From Desulfomonilia bacterium (lineage in GTDB: Bacteria > Desulfobacterota > Desulfomonilia > UBA1062): 64,000 nucleotides of DNA. A program made the translations under genes and the position numbers. Where the stretch lies: the NCBI GenBank assembly GCA_036567785.1, contig DATCTV010000002.1, forward strand, positions 23,038 through 87,037. The letters run 5' to 3'. Positions 58,177-64,000 of this stretch are shown here, one piece after another (the first letter of the stretch is position 1; each line of letters starts with the position of its first letter). The notes beneath the pieces were generated by a model. It ran no database searches. It saw nothing but the letters and a program-made list of their open reading frames with translations, and was not told the DNA's origin.

Positions 58177-60645
58177 TTAATCCCAGACTGTGACAGAGAT
58201 GTCATCGAACCACATGGCATGGGGCACCCAGGTGGCGCCGCCGTTGCCGTTGAGCCTGAAATTAAGGTTTGTTACGATCTTGTTTGCAGTCCAAGAATAC
58301 TGGGTCCAGAAATTTGTACCTTCATAATTTACCCGTATTGTATCACCCTCGAAAAGACCGGAAGCAAGGCTCGGGAACTTGTCATATATCGGAGTGACTG
58401 CATAAAAGGACACCGAGTAGATATATCTCCCCGAATAGTTGGTCAGCTTGTGCCACCCGGAACCACAGTCGCCCAGGAAATTGTTGCAGTCCTTCATCCT
58501 GTATCCATAGCTCCCGGAATTCTTTTCATCAGTCGTTGTCCCTACCGGTCCCATGACCCCGTAGCTCGTAAGCACCCAAGTGTTGCCTGCACTGTCGTTC
58601 AGGGACCCGCCCTCGAAACCGGTTGTATATGTTGCCTGCGGCGTGGTGAATGTGACGGTATCGACGCTGCTGTTAATCGTTCCGTCGTCCACGACCAGGC
58701 TTATCACATAGGTTCCCGGTACATCCAGGGTTATTACCGGATTGACCGTCAGCGGGTTTGATATGATTGCTGAGCTGCCTGACGGTTTTGTGGTGAGTGT
58801 CCATGTATAATGCAGCGTGTCTTCAGGGTCGAGGTCGGAAGAGCCTGATCCGTTAAGCTGCACCACCCTGTTCGCAAAGCGAACTGACTGATTGGCGCCG
58901 GCCTCGGCCACAGGGGTGTTATTTGTCGCGTTTATCTGCACGGTATCCTGCAGACTGTAGTCCTCGCCGTCATATACCACGAGTCCCAGTGTGTATATGC
59001 CCTTCCTGTCAGGCGTAAATGTCGGATTGTATATTGCCGGATTGGAGAACGAGGCGGTGCTTCCTGCCGGGGCCGTGACAACCGTCCACGCATAGGTAAG
59101 CGTATCCCCGTCAAGGTCCGAGCCGTTGCCGCTAAGCTGCACCAGATGATTATTGAGTATGTTGACGTCGATTCCCGCTTCCGCCACGGGAACATGATTT
59201 GTGGTCGTTACAGTGACAGTGTCGGGAACACTCGAGATGTTCTCGTCGTCCTTAACAGTGAGGCTGAAGGTGTAGATGCCCTTCTTGTCAGGCGTGAATG
59301 TCGGGGTCACTGCAGTCGAGCTTGAGAGTGTAGCCGTACTCCCATCAGGACGTCCGGTTATTGTCCACGCATAGGTCAGCGGGTCGCCGTCCGGGTCATA
59401 GCTGGCACTGCCGTTGAGCTGTGCCGTCTGGGTGAACGGGATGGTGATGGGATTGCCGGCCACTGCAACCGGTGTGTGGTTCGAGCAGGTGACCGTTACA
59501 GTGTCTTCAGCAGTGAGATCGCCGTCGGTGACGACCAGCTTGATCACGTATCCGCCCTTCTTGTCAGGCGTAAAGGTCGGCTTGTCGCTCGTGGGGTTGA
59601 CGATCTGCGCGTTACTGCCGCTCGGCCTGTTGATTACAGTCCATGTATAGGTCAGCGGCGTACCGTCAGGGTCGGTGCTTAAGCTGCCGTCAAGATTTGC
59701 CGTGCCGCCAACGTCGGAGATCGTTATGTCATCTCCAGCATGAGCGACAGGTGCCGTGTTGAAGACTTCGATGATTACAGTGTCTATACCGCTATTGAAT
59801 GTGCCGTCGTTTACGACCAGCCTTATTGTATAAACTCCTTTCCTGTCCGGCATGAAACTGGGATTGACACTGGTCGGGTCCACCAGCGTAGCACCGCTGC
59901 CCGCAGGCATGGTCTCCATCGACCATTGATAAGTCAGCGGGTCATGTTCGGGATCGCTGCTGGCGCTGCCGTCGAGAAGCACGACGTTGCCGAACAGGAC
60001 TCTCTGGTCAGGACCTGCATTGGCAGTCGGCGGGAAGAAACTCGTACCGACATTAATGACAACTGCATCGGCCGCGCTGTTCTGCTCGCCGTCGTTTACT
60101 ATAAGCCGGATTGTGTATGCACCTTCCTTGTCAGGGGTAAAGCTCGGGTTTACGGTATATTGGCCAACAAGTTCCGCAGAACTGCCCGCCGGCCTGGATA
60201 CCATGCTCCATAGATAGACCAGAGAATGGGCCTCGGGATCCGAGCTTGCGCTGCCGTCAAGATAGACGTTGTTGCCGAAATAAACATTCTGATCAGGACC
60301 TGCATTTGCGATCGGAGGCATGTTGTAGTAGACCTCGACCGTCCATTCCTTTGTCAGTATCTTGTTCTGGAGCTGATCCTTGGTCTGAACCCTGAACTTG
60401 TTAGTACCCTTGTCAAGTACTTCCGCAATATAGGTGTAGGATGATCCTGAGACCCCGCTTAAGAGGGTATCGTTCTTATACCATTCATAGGGGCCGTTCA
60501 TCGCACCGTTCACTTTGAACGTCTGCGATTCGCCAACCTTCAATGTAATGACTGAAGTCGTCGATGGACTTACTGACATGATGCAGCCGCTCAACCACAA
60601 GGCCGTTAAAAACAGCGTGGCCAACACCAAATAGCATCTCTTCAT
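58177..60645 (-). CDS. Surface lipoprotein with N-terminal Ig-like module, six PKD-like (K319L-type) repeats and a conserved about 154-aa C-terminal domain
   Basis: Start is the ATG (reverse complement) at 60645, 5 nt after AGGAGG. Lipobox 'WLSGC'. Repeats of about 93 aa with the pattern 'P.A.AG.DQ....LDGS.S.DP...L.Y.W.......GS.A.L.....P.F.PD..G.Y...L.V.DG'. The C-terminal domain ('GFEGGSLNDSAGNTW...HAMWFDDISVTVWD') is shared with the next gene. Confidence 0.65.
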   Translation of the reverse strand: MKRCYLVLATLFLTALWLSGCIMSVSPSTTSVITLKVGESQTFKVNGAMNGPYEWYKNDTLLSGVSGSSYTYIAEVLDKGTNKFRVQTKDQLQNKILTKEWTVEVYYNMPPIANAGPDQNVYFGNNVYLDGSASSDPEAHSLVYLWSMVSRPAGSSAELVGQYTVNPSFTPDKEGAYTIRLIVNDGEQNSAADAVVINVGTSFFPPTANAGPDQRVLFGNVVLLDGSASSDPEHDPLTYQWSMETMPAGSGATLVDPTSVNPSFMPDRKGVYTIRLVVNDGTFNSGIDTVIIEVFNTAPVAHAGDDITISDVGGTANLDGSLSTDPDGTPLTYTWTVINRPSGSNAQIVNPTSDKPTFTPDKKGGYVIKLVVTDGDLTAEDTVTVTCSNHTPVAVAGNPITIPFTQTAQLNGSASYDPDGDPLTYAWTITGRPDGSTATLSSSTAVTPTFTPDKKGIYTFSLTVKDDENISSVPDTVTVTTTNHVPVAEAGIDVNILNNHLVQLSGNGSDLDGDTLTYAWTVVTAPAGSTASFSNPAIYNPTFTPDRKGIYTLGLVVYDGEDYSLQDTVQINATNNTPVAEAGANQSVRFANRVVQLNGSGSSDLDPEDTLHYTWTLTTKPSGSSAIISNPLTVNPVITLDVPGTYVISLVVDDGTINSSVDTVTFTTPQATYTTGFEGGSLNDSAGNTWVLTSYGVMGPVGTTTDEKNSGSYGYRMKDCNNFLGDCGSGWHKLTNYSGRYIYSVSFYAVTPIYDKFPSLASGLFEGDTIRVNYEGTNFWTQYSWTANKIVTNLNFRLNGNGGATWVPHAMWFDDISVTVWD
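58642..60318 (-). repeat. Six tandem PKD-like coding repeats, about 280 bp each
   Basis: Periodic protein repeats; see the CDS call. Confidence 0.55.
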
Positions 60646-60793
60646 TGTATCCTCCTGCATTTGATTTTTTTTCATGCCGCCCTATTGGAGGCATGTTAAT
60701 TCCTTCCTAACAATCCAAAATTTCTGTTTCAAAAAATCTTTAACCGGTTACAAAAAGGGAAAGCCTGTGCCTTCCCCTTTTACCAAGCTGAAT

Positions 60794-63700
60794 CTAATTC
60801 CATAGAGTTACACTTATATCATCGAACCACATGGCATGTGGTAACCAGGCGCCACCCCCGTTGCCGTTGAGCAGGAAATTAATATCTGTTACTACCCGGT
60901 TTGGAGCCCATGAATACTGCGTGTAGAAGTTGACGCCGGTATATGCGACCCTCTGTGTAGCCCCCTCGTACAGACCGGCTGCAAGATTCGGAAACTTGTC
61001 GTATGTTGGTGTAACAGCCCAGTATGACACCGATATCACGAATCTGCCTGTATAATTGGTCAATTTATGCCAGCCTGACCCGCAGTCACCCAGGAAATTG
61101 TTGCAGTCTTTCATCCTGTAGCTGTAGCTTCCTGTATGGGCTTCTGCATCATAAGCCCCGACAGGACCCATGATCCCGTATGAGGTTGGAGTCCATGCAT
61201 TGCCGCCGCTGTCGTTCAGGGAGCCGCCCTCGAAACCGGTGGTGTAAGTGGCCTGTGACGTGGTGAGCGAGACGGTATCAGCTGCACTGTTCGTCTCGCC
61301 GTCGTTGACCGTAAGGCTGATCACGTATGTGCCGGGCAGATCCAGAGTAATAGTCGGATTAACTACGGTTGTACTGGAAAGGACTGCAGAGCTTCCTGAC
61401 GGACTCGATGTAACTGACCAGCTGTAGGTAAGCGGGTCGTTGTCAAGGTCGGAGCTGCCGCTTCCGTTGAGCTGGACCGTGCGGTTCGCATACCTTATTG
61501 CGGTCTGATTGGCGCCTGCTTCAGCTGTCGGAGCGAAGTTTGCCTGTCTGGTGAGTATCATCGTATCAATGGTGTAGGTCGTGCCGTCATAGACCTGGAG
61601 CTGAATTGTGTAGACTCCTCCCTTGTCCGGCTTGAAGGTTGCGCCGTTAAGGCTTTCCGGGTTGGAGATGACGGCTGTGCTGCCGGAAGGCGCTGAAAAG
61701 ACCGACCACATATAAGATAACGAGTCACCGTCAGGGTCGGAGGCGGTTCCGCTGAGGCTTGCTGTAACGCCCTTGTTGATTGTCTGGTCGTTACCGGCCC
61801 ATGCATAAGGTGCACGATTGGGAACGGTAATGCTCATACTGTCAGGAGAACTGTATTGCACGCCGTCATCAACGACAAGCTGTATCACATATGTGCCCTT
61901 CATATCCGGCGTGAACGTGGGCTTCATGACATATCTGTTTGAAAGCACGGCCGCACTTCCGGCTGGCGCAGAGGTTATGGTCCACACGAAATTGAGCGGC
62001 TGGCTTTCCGGGTCGTAGCTGGCACTTCCGTCCAGCTGCGCCGTTGTACCGAGATAGATGCTGTTCTGGTCCGGGCCAGCCGAAGCAACTGGCAGGTTAT
62101 TATAGACCGTCAGCATGACGGTATCCTCTCCTGAAAGATCGCCGTCGCTCACGATCATTCTGAACACATACACGCCTATGACATCGGGAGTAAAAGTCGG
62201 GTTAAGAATTGCAGGATTTGACAGCGCAGCAGAGCTTCCATAAGGGGCTGAAACGATTGACCAGGAAACGGTAAGCGGCGAACCCTCGGTGTCCATACCA
62301 CTGCCGCTGAGCTGGACTGCCTGACCTCCGCCGGTAAAGAACAGATCAATGTTGTCCCCTGCCTCGGCTGTCGGGGCATTGTTGTACACCACCAGCTTGA
62401 CTGTATCAGCCACACTGTCGTCTTCACCGTCATTTACGATCAGCTGGAATACATATTCGCCCTTCATGTCCGGCAGGAATGTAGGGTTTGCTATCGCTGG
62501 GTTGGAGAGCACAGCAGAGCTGCCCTCAGGCCTTGAGAGAATTGTCCACGAATATGCTAGCGGGTCACCGTCAAGATCGGTTCCACTCCCGTTAAGCTGA
62601 GCCGTGAAATCGGGGAAGGCAATGGACTGGTCATCACCCGCCTCGACCGTTGGCGCATGGTTTGTGATGCTTATGATGAACGTGTCGGGCGCACTCACAA
62701 GTTCGCCGTCGCTCACGATCAGCTGCACCGTGTATCTTCCTTTCTTGTCCGGGGTGAACTGCGGATTGATAATCGCCGGATTTGAAATCAAAGCCGTGCT
62801 GCCTGCAGGCCTTGATATGATGGACCATGAATAGGTAAGAGTATCTCCGTCAGGATCATGGCTCAGGTTGCCGTTCATGTGCACGGTGGTGCCCAGCGAT
62901 ATGGTGATATCGGAGCCTGCCTCGGCAACCGGAACGTTGTTCGAGGATGTCAGCGTCACTGTATCCTCGCCTGAAAGATCGCCGTCGCTCACGATCAGCT
63001 TGAAGACGTATGAGCCTTTCCTGTCCGGTGTGAAGCTGGGCTTCGCGGCGGTATCATTGGATAGTGCAGCAAGGCTCCCAGCAGGTTTTGAGATGATAAG
63101 CCACAGATAGGTTACCGGGGTGCCGTCCGGGTCGTTGCTGAGGCTGCCGTCAAGTGTTGCAGTGCCTCCGAACGGAATCGTCATGTCGGTCCCGGCATCA
63201 GCAACAGGCGCGTTGTTGAAAACGTAAATGTCCATTGTATCCTGTCCGCTGGTAAGCACACCGTCAGAAACTGTCAGTCCTATTACGTAATGTCCCTTCC
63301 TGTCCGGCGTGAAGCTGGGTGTCTTGCCGGAAGGATCAGATATCTGAGCAATGCTGCCGTCAGGCTTTGAAATAATCGACCAGGCATAGCTTAATGGTTC
63401 ATTTTCCGGGTCTGAACTCAGACTGCCGTCCAGGTTAACGGTCGATCCCAGCAGAACTGTCTGGTCAGGACCTGCATTTGCAGACGGCGGGAAGTTGCTG
63501 AGATAAGCGGTTATTGTCACGGTATCCGAGGCAGATTTCTCACCGTCGCTCACGAAGAGTATCAAGGTGTAGCCTCCTGCTATGTCAGGTTTAAAGGTTG
63601 GTCTTGCTGCAGTCGGGTCTGAAAGGGAGACCGTGCTGCCTGCAGGTTTTGCCGTGAAGTACCATGTATATGTCAGCGGCATGTCTTCGGGGTCAGAGCT

Positions 63701-64000
63701 CAGGCTGCCGTCAAGCTGAACAGTTGTCCCGAGAAGGATGTTCTGGTCATTGCCGGCCTCTGCGACAGGCGGCAGGTTTCTGATTACTTCAACCGTCCAT
63801 GACACGGCAAGGGTCTGATTGGTCATGCTGTCCACGGTCTGTACCATGAGGGTGAATTTGCCCACATCCCCGTTGACCGCGGTGTATGTATATGAGGAGG
63901 CGGTGGATACACTGACGAGTCTGGTGTCCTTGTACCACCTGTATTGTCCGTTTAGCGAACCCGTCACTTTGAAGGTTTTGCTCTCGCCCACCTTAAGAGT
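60794..64000 (-). CDS. Paralogous surface protein with at least 9 PKD-like repeats and the same C-terminal domain; N-terminus lies beyond the window
   Basis: The ORF is open to the window edge. The track's 'M' at 63991 is an internal GTG (Val) within '...TLKVGESKTFKV', which matches the N-terminal Ig-like module of the neighbouring gene. The C-terminal domain 'GFEGGSLNDSGGNAW...HAMWFDDISVTLWN' is paralogous to that of 58177-60645. Confidence 0.65.
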   Translation of the reverse strand, partial: TLKVGESKTFKVTGSLNGQYRWYKDTRLVSVSTASSYTYTAVNGDVGKFTLMVQTVDSMTNQTLAVSWTVEVIRNLPPVAEAGNDQNILLGTTVQLDGSLSSDPEDMPLTYTWYFTAKPAGSTVSLSDPTAARPTFKPDIAGGYTLILFVSDGEKSASDTVTITAYLSNFPPSANAGPDQTVLLGSTVNLDGSLSSDPENEPLSYAWSIISKPDGSIAQISDPSGKTPSFTPDRKGHYVIGLTVSDGVLTSGQDTMDIYVFNNAPVADAGTDMTIPFGGTATLDGSLSNDPDGTPVTYLWLIISKPAGSLAALSNDTAAKPSFTPDRKGSYVFKLIVSDGDLSGEDTVTLTSSNNVPVAEAGSDITISLGTTVHMNGNLSHDPDGDTLTYSWSIISRPAGSTALISNPAIINPQFTPDKKGRYTVQLIVSDGELVSAPDTFIISITNHAPTVEAGDDQSIAFPDFTAQLNGSGTDLDGDPLAYSWTILSRPEGSSAVLSNPAIANPTFLPDMKGEYVFQLIVNDGEDDSVADTVKLVVYNNAPTAEAGDNIDLFFTGGGQAVQLSGSGMDTEGSPLTVSWSIVSAPYGSSAALSNPAILNPTFTPDVIGVYVFRMIVSDGDLSGEDTVMLTVYNNLPVASAGPDQNSIYLGTTAQLDGSASYDPESQPLNFVWTITSAPAGSAAVLSNRYVMKPTFTPDMKGTYVIQLVVDDGVQYSSPDSMSITVPNRAPYAWAGNDQTINKGVTASLSGTASDPDGDSLSYMWSVFSAPSGSTAVISNPESLNGATFKPDKGGVYTIQLQVYDGTTYTIDTMILTRQANFAPTAEAGANQTAIRYANRTVQLNGSGSSDLDNDPLTYSWSVTSSPSGSSAVLSSTTVVNPTITLDLPGTYVISLTVNDGETNSAADTVSLTTSQATYTTGFEGGSLNDSGGNAWTPTSYGIMGPVGAYDAEAHTGSYSYRMKDCNNFLGDCGSGWHKLTNYTGRFVISVSYWAVTPTYDKFPNLAAGLYEGATQRVAYTGVNFYTQYSWAPNRVVTDINFLLNGNGGGAWLPHAMWFDDISVTLWN
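61259..63770 (-). repeat. At least nine tandem PKD-like coding repeats
   Basis: Starts of successive repeats: 'NLPPVAEAGNDQ', 'NFPPSANAGPDQ', 'NAPVADAGTDM', 'NNVPVAEAGSDI', 'NHAPTVEAGDDQ', 'NNAPTAEAGDNI', 'NNLPVASAGPDQ', 'NRAPYAWAGNDQ', 'NFAPTAEAGANQ'. Confidence 0.55.

Noticed and set aside
59414-63110. Series of 60-160-aa plus-strand ORFs opposite the PKD-repeat genes
   Set aside because: They are antisense reading frames of the periodic coding repeats and recur with the repeat period. None has a start context.
58642-63770. Possible CRISPR-like periodicity
   Set aside because: The approximately 280-bp periodic units are imperfect, lie in-frame within long ORFs, and encode PKD-like domains. 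There are no short identical direct repeats with unique spacers and no cas genes.

Overview
64 kb window, about 53-55% GC, densely coding. It reads like an anaerobic bacterium, probably a Deltaproteobacteria/Desulfobacterota-type organism; that is inference from gene content only. Contents in order: (i) 76-7288, a neighbourhood around glycyl radical enzyme GRE1: SCP2-like protein, Gfo/Idh/MocA oxidoreductase fused to an M24 creatinase/prolidase-type peptidase, DUF2961(GH172)-like protein, GRE1, secreted START-domain protein. (ii) 7433-17510, a PadR-headed operon: epimerase, SDR, GRE2, family-I CoA-transferase A/B, MmgE/PrpD, acyl-CoA dehydrogenase, then a MITE-like nested inverted repeat and a second SCP2-like gene. 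(iii) 17675-22857, housekeeping mreB-mreC-mreD-mrdA-rodA. (iv) 22867-29250 (minus), a TetR-controlled RND efflux operon (TetR, OMF, MFP, RND pump). (v) 29580-46566, a tightly coupled operon of about 16 genes downstream of a second TetR gene. It encodes two atypical ACAD-like proteins, three paralogous unknown helical proteins, a four-subunit class-I-benzoyl-CoA-reductase-like set (HgdB/BcrC-like, HgdA/BcrB-like, two HgdC/BcrAD-type ATPases), a Cys-cluster protein, a CooC-type ATPase, a second HgdB-like + poly-Cys Fe-S protein + single activase + HgdA-like set, and a thioesterase. This is the best candidate for an undescribed system. (vi) 46.5-55.7 kb, mixed accessory genes, including a strongly AT-rich islet carrying a repeat-containing lipoprotein, and pldA. 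(vii) 55964 to the window end, three paralogous surface lipoproteins on the minus strand that share an N-terminal Ig-like module; one has 5 Cys-rich PASTA-like repeats plus Fn3, the other two have 6 and at least 9 PKD-like repeats plus a shared C-terminal domain. No rRNA, tRNA or CRISPR was seen. Neither GRE has an activating enzyme inside the window.
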